From a bacterium (lineage in GTDB: Bacteria > Zhuqueibacterota > Zhuqueibacteria > Oceanimicrobiales > Oceanimicrobiaceae): a DNA stretch of 19,529 bases. This document shows positions 7,724-16,721 of the stretch, piece after piece; the first letter of the stretch is position 1, and every line of letters starts with the position of its first letter. The stretch lies in assembly GCA_046758365.1 (NCBI GenBank), contig JBHIAC010000050.1, positions 1 through 19,529 of the forward strand. Direction: 5' to 3'. A program made the translations under genes and the position numbers. Under the pieces are notes generated by a model, which did no database searches, was not told where the DNA came from, and saw nothing but the letters and a program-made list of their open reading frames with translations.

Positions 7724-8959
7724 ATGAGCAAAAAATTCTTTGAGAATTTAAAAATTTTAGGTCCAGGTTTTGTAGTTGCCGCAACAGGTATTGGAGCTGG
7801 GGATATGATTGCAGCTGCTGTATCTGGTGCAAAGTACGGCACGGTTATTTTGTGGTCAGCAGTGCTTGGGGCAGTTATTAAATTGACTCTAAATGAAGGT
7901 ATTGCCCGGTGGCAGTTAGCGACAGGCACAACTTTACTTGAAGGATGGGTAAGCAAACTTAACCGTTTGATATCTGCCTACTTTATAATTTATCTTGTTC
8001 TTTGGTCGTTCCTTGTGGCTGCTGCCTTAATAGCTGCCTGCGGATTGGCGGCTCATGCTATCTACGCTGGGTTTTCAGTGAACTCTTGGGGTATAATTCA
8101 TTCCATCTTTGCTGTATTACTGGTTTATTTCGGAAGGTATGCGTTATTAGAATGTTTAATGAAGGTTTTCATTGCTCTAATGTTTATCGTCGTTCTGCTC
8201 TGCGCTTTCTTAGTAAAACCGGATTGGCTTTCCATTATACGGTTTATTTCTTTCCCTAGCGTTCCATCTGGCTCCAGTAAGTTTATTCTCGGAGTGATTG
8301 GCGGAGTAGGTGGCAGTGTGACCCTTTTGAGCTATGGTTATTGGATTCGAGAGAAACAATGGATTGGCAAGGGATTCAGAAAGCTCACCCATCTTGATTT
8401 AGGCACTGCATATTCGCTGATTGGATTATTTGGCGTTGCCATTATGATCATTGCTGCTGAGGTAAATCCAAATGTCGTGATGGGTGGAAGAATAGTGTTG
8501 GAAATTGCTTATCAGTTAGAAAAAATAGTCGGGTTCACCGGTAAGTGGACATTTCTTATTGGATGTTGGGGAGCCGTGTTTTCATCAATGTTGGGTGTCT
8601 GGCAGGGCATTCCTTATCTATTCACCGATTTCATGCTTAGCCTTAAATATAAAAATGAAAGAATAGGACAAAAATCAGTCGATTCCAACTCTTTTTACTA
8701 CAAGGCATACTTACTGTACTTAGCATTCCCTCCTATGCTCCTTTTGCTTTTTAACAAACCTGTTTGGATTGTGATTATTTATAGCATTGCGGGAGCATTC
8801 TTCATGCCTTTTTTAGCAGGGACGCTGCTTTTTATGAACAACAAAAGATACTGGGTAGGTGAATTAAAAAACAGTTGGTTAATTAACATATTGTTGTTGA
8901 TCTCGTTGGGATTATTTGGCTATCTTTGCTTGACCGAAATTATCGATCTGATGCGGTAA
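7724..8959 (+). CDS. NRAMP-family-like (APC superfamily) membrane transporter, non-MntH type
   Basis: LGPGFVVAATGIGAGD...GAKYG..LW..VLG...K..LNEGIARWQLATG and about 11 TM segments. The MntH DPGN motif is absent. ATG 7724 preferred over 7655. Confidence 0.85.
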   Translation: MSKKFFENLKILGPGFVVAATGIGAGDMIAAAVSGAKYGTVILWSAVLGAVIKLTLNEGIARWQLATGTTLLEGWVSKLNRLISAYFIIYLVLWSFLVAAALIAACGLAAHAIYAGFSVNSWGIIHSIFAVLLVYFGRYALLECLMKVFIALMFIVVLLCAFLVKPDWLSIIRFISFPSVPSGSSKFILGVIGGVGGSVTLLSYGYWIREKQWIGKGFRKLTHLDLGTAYSLIGLFGVAIMIIAAEVNPNVVMGGRIVLEIAYQLEKIVGFTGKWTFLIGCWGAVFSSMLGVWQGIPYLFTDFMLSLKYKNERIGQKSVDSNSFYYKAYLLYLAFPPMLLLLFNKPVWIVIIYSIAGAFFMPFLAGTLLFMNNKRYWVGELKNSWLINILLLISLGLFGYLCLTEIIDLMR

Positions 8960-9300
8960 TGACTAACAATTCAAATAATCTTACTTCGGGAAAAGCCCCA
9001 CAATTAATTCAAGATATCGAAACTCGGGTTAAGCAAATTCTTCAGTTCTATTTTCTACGCTGGGATATCGAGGTCAACCATCGTGACGAAAAAAGTTTGT
9101 TCGGTATATGGGATGCCCAAATGCGTTCGCCTAAATCGGGTGAGCGCAGTCCGCAATTTTCGGTGACGATTGACAGTTAGCTCTTGTAAGCAAGCCTACG
9201 GGCTTATGGTGCTGAGCGTACCGACGACTACCTGGCTCTTTCCAAATAGCGAAAAATCTCAGATAGCTCTTTTTTATCCCTGTTTGATTCCATAGTCTAA
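8959..9300 (+). pseudogene. Degenerate C-terminal fragment of an IS4/IS701-like DDE transposase
   Basis: QILQFYFLRWDIEVNHRDEKSLFGIWDAQMRSPKSGERSPQF contains the Y-x2-R-W-x-I-E-x6-K signature. The frame continues S*LL*ASLRAYGAERTDDYLALSK*RK through stops at 9178, 9187 and 9247. Confidence 0.75.
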
Positions 9301-9449
9301 ATAAGTATAATGGCTGAGCATTTTCAGACTTTACGAGCTAAAGTAAATGGGACCTATCATTTATATTAAATAAATTTGGTCACTGATTTAACGACCCCAA
9401 TGGCAGACTGCCATCAGAACAACCACGACTACACTGAATTGTACTCAGC

Positions 9450-10202
9450 TTATCGGCTAGCCAACCCGCCGGCTATCTCTCCACCATCAATCACGTAAGG
9501 GTGCCCGGTAATGTAAGGTGCTTCATCTGAAGCGAGAAAGGCTAAAAGAGCGGCAACTTCTTCCGGCTGAGCATGCCGGCCCAATGGGATTATCCTGTTA
9601 ACGGCGTCCATCATTTCCTTAGTGTACTCTCCTTTGTGCATGGGGGTCAGGACGTAGCCAGGGCAGACGGCAAGGACACGAATAGTCGGAGCTAACTCCA
9701 ATGCCATCGAACGGGTCAATTCAATAACGCCAGCCTTCGAGGCATTGTAATCGGCGTAGTAAGGGTAACCTATCAACCCGTTGGTTGAACCCATGTTGAT
9801 AATAACCCCTCCGCCTGCGGCCAGCATTCGTTGAGCTGCCTGCTGCGCTACATAGAACACTCCATTCAGATTAACGTCTATGACCTGTTGCCATTCCTCA
9901 GGGGTGATGTCCATAAGAGAATGCCGTATGCTGATTCCCGCATTGTTAATCAACACGTCCACACCTTGATAGAGGTCATCCAATTCATTGAAAGCACGCG
10001 CAACCTCTTCAGAAGCGGAGACATCTGCAACAATGATTCCACTTAGCGCTGGTAGTGCTTGTTGAATCTTTTTGCAAGCGGCGGTATCTCGGTCCAACAC
10101 CACAACGCCTGATCCTTCATTTAGAAAACGTTTGGCTGTTGCCGCACCAATTCCACTTGCCCCACCGGTGATGAGAACCCGTTTGTTCTGTAAACCACGC
10201 AT
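9450..10202 (-). CDS. Classical SDR family NAD(P)-dependent oxidoreductase
   Basis: TGGASGIG, NNAG, catalytic YNASK and terminal IDGG. Asp after beta2 (LDRD) suggests NAD preference. Confidence 0.93.
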   Translation of the reverse strand: MRGLQNKRVLITGGASGIGAATAKRFLNEGSGVVVLDRDTAACKKIQQALPALSGIIVADVSASEEVARAFNELDDLYQGVDVLINNAGISIRHSLMDITPEEWQQVIDVNLNGVFYVAQQAAQRMLAAGGGVIINMGSTNGLIGYPYYADYNASKAGVIELTRSMALELAPTIRVLAVCPGYVLTPMHKGEYTKEMMDAVNRIIPLGRHAQPEEVAALLAFLASDEAPYITGHPYVIDGGEIAGGLASR

Positions 10203-10293
10203 AAATTCTCCTAAGTTTAAGTCTAAAATCTCTGTCTACTCAGTGCCATGAGCGATCCATCTTTTTACTTGATTGTTAAATTAATATAAAATT

Positions 10294-11409
10294 CTAATAT
10301 GTAACTTTATAAATGATAGATTCTCGATAACTTGTATTGACTTTAAAATAATCACTTAGTAGTTCATCAGTTGATTTGTCCCCGGTATCCACTAATAACG
10401 GACGCCCATATAATGAATTTATTTTTTGTTGTGTGGCTATAATGATGATATTGTTCTTTCCAACCTGTTTTATGACTTCCGGGCTGATTTGTTGGTTGCC
10501 TCTGCCAAATATATAGCCCTGACCGCCGATAGGTGTAATAATTAATTTAGTTTTTTCCCCTCTAGTTTTTGCAAGCAATTCTGATTCGTTCAAATCTTTG
10601 CCGATAAGTTCCTTTTTATAAATAAGATCGACCCCTAACAACGTATTATCCAAGTTGAGCTTTTCCATAATAGCTCTGGTTGTCGTGCCGGGTCCAATGA
10701 TATAATGGAACTCATCAGACATATTTTCTATGATATCAAATGCGATTGCCTCTTGGGAATATCTTTCATTCGGGGCACTGCTGGCCTTTAGATTCTGAAC
10801 GTATCTTTTTTGAAATGGAATTTTTAAATACCCATACAATATAGCCGATAAAATTTCGTTGCGGTAATCATCCTCGTCGAGATCCATGACTTCTGCTTCG
10901 ATAATTTTTGCAGATTTGTCCTGAAGATATAAAGCGGCCAGCTCTCCGGCCTTAGTTGGACTGCAAGCATAAACCGCGGAATGAATCTTGACTCCAGCAG
11001 GTATCCCTAAAACTGTCATGGAATCGCCAACTGCATTATAGATATCTCTGGCAGTCCCATCTCCGCCGGCGAATAGCAGTAGATCCGTTTTTACTTCTAA
11101 CATTTCTTTAGCTGCTTTTTGCGTATCAGCAGCGGTTGTAACAGGGGCTGAAATCGTCCCTATGACCTTTGGTGAAAAACCACATTGAAGAGCCACCTTT
11201 TCCCCCATTTCATCTGAGTAAGTTATTATTTCTATTTGATCTTTAAGAAAGGCAAGTTTATTTAGGGTCTCTGAGGTACGATTTTGAGCTTGTGGCTTGG
11301 CCCCAAGCTGTATTGATTTTTCTAGAATATCCAAACCATCTGTGCCTTTCAGACCGACCCTCCCACCCATGCCGGCGATGGGGTTGACAATTAATCCTAA
11401 TTTTTTCAA
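10294..11409 (-). CDS. ATP-NAD kinase family protein (COG3199/AcoX-like), true substrate unknown
   Basis: IVNPIAGMGGRVGLKGTDG, AGGDGTARD, GIPAGVKIHS and GGQGYIFGRGNQQ. TTG start 12 nt after the gcvPB stop. Confidence 0.88.
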   Translation of the reverse strand: MKKLGLIVNPIAGMGGRVGLKGTDGLDILEKSIQLGAKPQAQNRTSETLNKLAFLKDQIEIITYSDEMGEKVALQCGFSPKVIGTISAPVTTAADTQKAAKEMLEVKTDLLLFAGGDGTARDIYNAVGDSMTVLGIPAGVKIHSAVYACSPTKAGELAALYLQDKSAKIIEAEVMDLDEDDYRNEILSAILYGYLKIPFQKRYVQNLKASSAPNERYSQEAIAFDIIENMSDEFHYIIGPGTTTRAIMEKLNLDNTLLGVDLIYKKELIGKDLNESELLAKTRGEKTKLIITPIGGQGYIFGRGNQQISPEVIKQVGKNNIIIIATQQKINSLYGRPLLVDTGDKSTDELLSDYFKVNTSYRESIIYKVTY

Positions 11410-11421
11410 ATGAAATATCCG

Positions 11422-12984
11422 TTAATTCTTATTCCCGTGTTTCTTCAAATAGGCTCTCCAGGTAATTGCCCACTTTTCGGGATCATCCAACCAACTATGA
11501 TCGACCCGGTGTATAACACTGTTGTGTGGCGCATTTTTCACTTTTTCAGCATCTTCGTACGCTTCTTTAGCGATCTGCTTCAATGCATTGATATATTCAT
11601 CGATTTCATCTTTTGAATAGGACTCAGTTGGCTCAATAGTAAAAGGCTGGGGTACGATAAACGGATGGTGACTCGACCAGAGGTGGAAACCAAAATCTGC
11701 CATTCTACAAGTGACATCTTCTGTTGTAATACCCGTGTCTTTAGTTAGCTGCTCCCAACTGTAACGGACCTGCTCGATACGATGTCTTCCTTTGGCATAG
11801 GGTGTACTGGCGCCTTTTATTTCATTAATTTTCGCCAAGATATAGTTATTGTTTAATACGGCGACATTGGCCGCTTCTTTTAGCCCTTCTGCGCCTAAAC
11901 TCATTATCCAGGCGTAGGCCTTTAAAACGACTGGAAAGACACAGTGGAATCCTCGTACTTTCCCAATCGTATGGGGTAGGTCGTAATTTAAAGAGTACTT
12001 TTCGCCGTCAAAGTCCACGATTGGAACCGGCAAATAATCGATTAACTTTTCGGTGACACCAAGTGCGCCAGTTGCCGGGCCGCCGCATCCATGCGGAGTA
12101 GAAAATGTTTTATGAAGATTAAAGAAACAAATATCAAATCCCGCTTCTTTGGCGCGGGTAACACCAAGTATGCCATTGGCATTGGCTTGGTCATACCCGC
12201 ATAAACCACCGGCCTCGTGGACTATTTTGGTAAATTCTGCAATTTTGGGATTGAAAATTCCGGTATCTTCCGGATTGGTTATGAACAACCCAGCCGTGCG
12301 ATTTGAAACAGCTTTTTTTAGCGCTTCTACTTCCGGTAAACCGTTTTCATTTTGATAAAGTATAATGACCTTGTACCCTTTCACAGCTGCAGCCGAGTAA
12401 TCGGATGGATGGGAAAATATAGTTGTAATAATTTCATCCCTCTGATCGGCTTCGCCGTGGAATTCATGATATTTTTGCACTATTGATGCCATGGTCAAAA
12501 TGGCGGCTGAACCTGAGGGGGGTTGTAAGGTAAATCTGCTGAGTCCAGAAATTGCTCTTAAAAAGGTATCCAATTTGTACATCAGTTCAAGTGCACCTTG
12601 AACGGTGCTTTCATCTTGCAGTGGATGAAGTGCCGTAGCCTTTGGAGACGCGGCCAAAGTTTCGTTGATTTTAGGATTATATTTCATTGTACAGGTGCCT
12701 TGTCCGATATCAATATTTACATCCGCACCTAACGTTTGTTGAGACAAACGCAGGAAGTGTTTTAAAACTCTCATTTGCGAAACCTCAGGTAGGGCGGGCG
12801 CCTTTTTTCTTCTCATATTTTCTGGAATAGCTGATACACCATCACCGACCGCTTCTGCAATTTCTTCTTCAACTTCAGGGACTAGAATTCCCCGTTCGCC
12901 AAGGGTGCTTAATTCAAAAATGATTTGTTCATCCCATTTGGCTTGATGAAAATTTCTTAATTTTGATTTATTGTTTTTTGCCAT
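11422..12984 (-). CDS. gcvPB: Glycine-decarboxylase P-protein subunit 2-like (divergent)
   Basis: GTCTMKYNP, HPLQ, TNPEDTG, NLHKTFSTPHG (PLP lysine) and IEPTES. Confidence 0.9.
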   Translation of the reverse strand: MAKNNKSKLRNFHQAKWDEQIIFELSTLGERGILVPEVEEEIAEAVGDGVSAIPENMRRKKAPALPEVSQMRVLKHFLRLSQQTLGADVNIDIGQGTCTMKYNPKINETLAASPKATALHPLQDESTVQGALELMYKLDTFLRAISGLSRFTLQPPSGSAAILTMASIVQKYHEFHGEADQRDEIITTIFSHPSDYSAAAVKGYKVIILYQNENGLPEVEALKKAVSNRTAGLFITNPEDTGIFNPKIAEFTKIVHEAGGLCGYDQANANGILGVTRAKEAGFDICFFNLHKTFSTPHGCGGPATGALGVTEKLIDYLPVPIVDFDGEKYSLNYDLPHTIGKVRGFHCVFPVVLKAYAWIMSLGAEGLKEAANVAVLNNNYILAKINEIKGASTPYAKGRHRIEQVRYSWEQLTKDTGITTEDVTCRMADFGFHLWSSHHPFIVPQPFTIEPTESYSKDEIDEYINALKQIAKEAYEDAEKVKNAPHNSVIHRVDHSWLDDPEKWAITWRAYLKKHGNKN

Positions 12985-13061
12985 TACTTATATTCTTTGT
13001 CATTAATTAATTAACTAAAATTTCGCACTTGCATAAATCTTTGTTTAAGCTAAATTTTATC

Positions 13062-13337
13062 TGTCATTCAGAAGGAATCTTTTTATTGTTTAGAGACTAA
13101 CCTTAAATATAGTATTACCAATCAGACCTTTGTTTTTTTGCAAAAATTTTTGTTTTTAATTCTCATTGCTCTACTGTTTCATGGCTCTATTGTTAACTTG
13201 TTTGATTAGTATCAATGTAACAATGAGACAATGTAGCAATGATGAATTATATCACCTATTTCATTCATAATTCAACATTGCAGCTCGCTGCGCTAGGCTT
13301 TATACTGTAAATCAAAAAGATTCTAACCTAAATGACA
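13062..13337. repeat. Nested inverted-repeat elements between gcvPA and gcvPB
   Basis: Outer TGTCATT-cagaag-GAATCTTTTT (13062-13084) / AAAAAGATTC-taaccta-AATGACA (13314-13337). Inner octamer-repeat arms at 13158-13195 / 13213-13248 (CAATGTAA CAATGAGA CAATGTAG CAATG). Confidence 0.7.
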
Positions 13338-13407
13338 ACTTCTTGCGGTTTTTGAAGTGTCCGCAAAGGTTGAATCGAACTGAGAAATGTTAATAATTAA
13401 GTAAGTC

Positions 13408-14805
13408 TTAGTTAACACAGTTGCTCACGGCTTTTATCAGAGCATCAATATCTTCCTTGGTGTGAATTTCGGTAACGCAATATAATGCGCAATTACCTAA
13501 TTCCGGGAACTCCTTAGAAAGATCTTTCCCGCCAAAGATGCCTTGGGTGCGCAAAGATTGATTAATTTCTTCAACACGCTTTCCAGTATCATTGAAATCG
13601 ACGATAAATTCCTTGAAGTGGGGAGATGTGAACCGGGGTGCTTTTACACCTTTTATTTCGTTTAGTTTCTTCATGGTGTATTGTGATTTTTGCATAATGT
13701 GCTTGCCCAATTCCTGCATTCCCTGAGGACCCATCAAGGATAAATAAACTGCGGCTGTAATCCCCCACAAGGCAGAAGCTGTGCCGACAAATTCTTTACT
13801 ATGTTCCCGATCTCCAAAGGAGGTTCTTTCATAAAGCACATCTCCAAAACCGTATTCGCCTGCAACCGTTGTTTTTGTGATACCAAACAGACGGGAAGGA
13901 TATTCGCGTACAAATTTTTCTTCATCACGGGTGGCGATAAAGCCTCCGAGAGCGCCACCAAAATTTATATGCGTGCCAAGTTGTTGAATATCACCACAGG
14001 TAATATCGGCGCCGTAATCGCTGGGCGGAGCAATCACACCCAAAGAAATTGCATCAACACCAACCACACTTAATGAACCGTTTTCATGGGCAATATCTGC
14101 TATGGCCTGCCCTTGGCTTTCAATAAAGCCAAGATAAGATGGATTCTCGAAATATACACCTGCGGTATCGGAGTTTATTTTTGATTTCAAATCATCCAGA
14201 TCAATTAGACCGGTTTTGGGAGAATGCTTAACCAATTTGATTTTCATGACCGGTGTACAATAATTGGTGATGACAGCAAGCCTGTCAGGTGAAGTGGTAT
14301 CTGAAAAAAGAATTTCATCACGGCTGGTCATTCTGCCAGCCATTCTTAAAGAAGTGCTGGCTGCTTGACTCCAATCAAATGTCGGAACATTCACCACATC
14401 GACCTCTAATAATTCTGCCATCAAACTTTCGTATTCGAAAAGCGCTTGGAACCTCCCGTGATCTTCATACGGCTCACCTGCATAGGCAGTTAAAAATTCC
14501 GCACGATGATTAATTTCATCACAAATGGTTGGGACATAGTGCTGAGCGCATCCGCCGCCCAAAAAACTGATGTTTTCTTCACAGGTTTGATTTTTTGCAA
14601 GAATTGTTTGAACATGGTGTTTTAGAGCATATTCTGAAATGAGTGGTTCAGGTAAATTCATCTCTCCTTTAAATCTCAGATTTTCAGGAATGTCTTCGTA
14701 AAGCTCTTCAATCTTTTTTACGCCGATGGCCTTTAACATCTCTTCCTGAACTTCAGGTACGGAATTAGGGATATAAGGATGAACAAATTTCTTCTTTTTT
14801 TTCAA
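13408..14805 (-). CDS. gcvPA: Glycine-decarboxylase P-protein subunit 1-like (divergent)
   Basis: HPYIPN...MLKAIG, SFLGGG..HYVP, QALFEY, ENPSYLG, FGG..GG and LYCVTE. AGGAGG RBS lies 5 nt before the TTG start. Confidence 0.9.
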   Translation of the reverse strand: MKKKKKFVHPYIPNSVPEVQEEMLKAIGVKKIEELYEDIPENLRFKGEMNLPEPLISEYALKHHVQTILAKNQTCEENISFLGGGCAQHYVPTICDEINHRAEFLTAYAGEPYEDHGRFQALFEYESLMAELLEVDVVNVPTFDWSQAASTSLRMAGRMTSRDEILFSDTTSPDRLAVITNYCTPVMKIKLVKHSPKTGLIDLDDLKSKINSDTAGVYFENPSYLGFIESQGQAIADIAHENGSLSVVGVDAISLGVIAPPSDYGADITCGDIQQLGTHINFGGALGGFIATRDEEKFVREYPSRLFGITKTTVAGEYGFGDVLYERTSFGDREHSKEFVGTASALWGITAAVYLSLMGPQGMQELGKHIMQKSQYTMKKLNEIKGVKAPRFTSPHFKEFIVDFNDTGKRVEEINQSLRTQGIFGGKDLSKEFPELGNCALYCVTEIHTKEDIDALIKAVSNCVN

Positions 14806-14816
14806 AGCAACCTCCT

Positions 14817-14992
14817 AACCTGGACAAGCTAGAACCAAATAAGCTTTATAATTTTAAATCACAAATTACAAATAAATTCAAAGTTTCAATGACCAAACGA
14901 CTAAAACGATTTTGATTCTTCAATGCAAGAGGAAAATATCTTCTTTATCTCTAAATCAGATATTTTGGAATTTTGAATTTTTGTCATTGGAG
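14817..14992. repeat. Heptamer-repeat inverted-repeat relic between alpha-galactosidase and gcvPA
   Basis: Left arm AAATCAC AAATTAC AAATAAATTC...TTCAATGACCAAA. Right arm TTGGAATTTTGAATTTTTGTCATTGGA ends at the alpha-galactosidase stop codon. Confidence 0.6.
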
Positions 14993-16195
14993 TTAAGGAA
15001 TTACATTAATCATTACGACACCATGTGATGGGACTATTGCTGAAAATTTACCTTTAAATTTCCCTAAATCTTTTTTTAACCATAAGTCTCGCACTTTAGC
15101 CGTTAAATGGTTTGGGTATCCAATCTCGGTCCAGACAAAGGATATCTTGTCATCTGATTTGCTTCGATTAAAAAGCACCACAGCCCGTGATCCATCTTTA
15201 AGTTGTTTTGACCAGACTTCGAATTCACCGTCGTCTCTGACTTTACGACCTTGATATCCCAATGGATCTTGATCTACGGCTATGACCTCTCGGTTTGTCA
15301 GAATTTTAGTAATCTCTGGTGTCATGTTCCGTAAATCATTACCAGCCATCAATGGAGCTGCAAGAATGCACCAAAGGCTAAAATGTGCTCTGTATTCAGT
15401 AATTGACATGCCTCCGTTGCCGACTTCCAGCATATCTGGATCGTTCCAATGACCGGGGCCGGCATATACTTCCAGCCCAACCTGCTTATCCAGAATATGT
15501 GTCCAGCCCATTCCACCCCAATCTCTCTTACAATCCCAGCAATCTTGTATATCACCAGTTGTACGCCAAAGATTCCCTATATCTTTGGCCCAAAGCCAGG
15601 GTTTATTGCTTCCCCACTCGCAAATACTAAAGACAATAGGCCTTCCCGATGCCCGTAGAGCATCGCGCATTAAAGAATAAGATGCGATTGCATTTTGATC
15701 TCCATGATGACACCAGTCATACTTCAAATAATCCACACCCCAGGCGGCGTATTGGCGAGCGTCCTGGTATTCATACCCTCGGCTGCCAGGACGCTTTTGG
15801 CATGTCATGGTGCCTGCATCCGAATATAAACCAAACTTCAGACCTTTTGAATGTACATAATCTGCAAGCGCTTTCATACCCGATGGAAATCTTTCGGGAT
15901 CAGCAATAATATTTCCTTCACGGTCTCTACTTATCTGCCAGCAATCGTCGATTACGATATATTGGTATCCAGCATCTCTCATACCAGTCTCAACCATTGC
16001 ATCGGCTATTTCTTTAATTAAATCTTCACTAACATTACAGCCAAACTTATTCCAACTGTTCCAACCCATTGGTGGAGTCAAGGCCAGACCATTATCAAGC
16101 GCGTAGTTATTTTCACACCCAAAAAATAAATAGATGCTGACTACAAAATAACATAATCGGAAATGACAAAGTTTTAAGCTAACTTTTCTTTTCAT
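14993..16195 (-). CDS. GH27 alpha-galactosidase (melibiase), probably exported or a lipoprotein
   Basis: LDNGLALTPPMGWNSWN, IDDCW, YLKYDWC (nucleophile Asp), WRTTGDI (acid/base Asp), WNDPDML, and a C-terminal beta domain. LFFGC is lipobox-like. Confidence 0.95.
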   Translation of the reverse strand: MKRKVSLKLCHFRLCYFVVSIYLFFGCENNYALDNGLALTPPMGWNSWNKFGCNVSEDLIKEIADAMVETGMRDAGYQYIVIDDCWQISRDREGNIIADPERFPSGMKALADYVHSKGLKFGLYSDAGTMTCQKRPGSRGYEYQDARQYAAWGVDYLKYDWCHHGDQNAIASYSLMRDALRASGRPIVFSICEWGSNKPWLWAKDIGNLWRTTGDIQDCWDCKRDWGGMGWTHILDKQVGLEVYAGPGHWNDPDMLEVGNGGMSITEYRAHFSLWCILAAPLMAGNDLRNMTPEITKILTNREVIAVDQDPLGYQGRKVRDDGEFEVWSKQLKDGSRAVVLFNRSKSDDKISFVWTEIGYPNHLTAKVRDLWLKKDLGKFKGKFSAIVPSHGVVMINVIP

Positions 16196-16250
16196 TTTGC
16201 CCTTTTAAATTTGCAATTTGCATTTTTCATTTTGCCCACCACGACTTCAT

Positions 16251-16687
16251 TTATTTACGTTTTGTTAGATTAATACCAGAAACCAGTAGGGTCATAATTG
16301 CAAATGCAATGGCATTGAGCACTCGGGTTTTCTCATCGAAACGTAATTTTAAATACCCTGGAATTGAGTGTATTTTGCTGCTGTAATAAAATGGCATCAT
16401 GTAAATGGCAAGAAAAAGCATCGCTGGGATAGCGCCTACCCAATAAAAATGTGCTAAAAACATACCTATTCAAATGTATTTCGAGTCATGCCTAACAGTT
16501 CGAGAGCACCCATATTGGCACTAAAAAAAGCCAGACCGGCCACCCAAGAACTATTTTTTCTCCCTGCTAGAAAAAAGTCTTCACCGGTTCCGGTGAATCT
16601 TTTCAAATAAATTCCAATTCCTAATACAAAGATAAAATAGAGCGCGATGATCATCCAGTCAACCCAGGAAATTTGTAATGTCATCAC
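16251..16687 (-). pseudogene. Sodium:solute symporter (SSS) pseudogene: 1-nt frameshift plus 3' truncation
   Basis: DFFLAGR...GLAFFSAN.GALE then HFYWVGAIPAM...PFYY.SK..S.PGYL.LRFD. The junction reads GAA TAG GT ATG, and one added base restores E-Y-G-M. Homology stops at VSGINL after about 140 codons, whereas SSS proteins are typically about 500 aa or longer. Confidence 0.88.
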
Positions 16688-16721
16688 ACCCCTCCTTTAT
16701 TAATTGAGTATTAGACTTCTG

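Noticed and set aside
8926..9180. 84-aa ORF as an intact gene
   Set aside because: It is the open part of a transposase pseudogene whose similarity continues past the stop.
9399..9413. ATGGCAG-A-CTGCCAT palindrome as intrinsic terminator for the SDR
   Set aside because: The stem is short with a minimal loop and there is no U-tract on either strand.
14806..14992. Glycine riboswitch upstream of gcvPA
   Set aside because: No GGAGA...CCGAAG...CUCAGG aptamer core was seen. The spacer is a repeat relic.
16466..16468. TAG as pyrrolysine/readthrough codon in the SSS gene
   Set aside because: The downstream part is in a different frame, so readthrough cannot join them, and the gene is truncated anyway.
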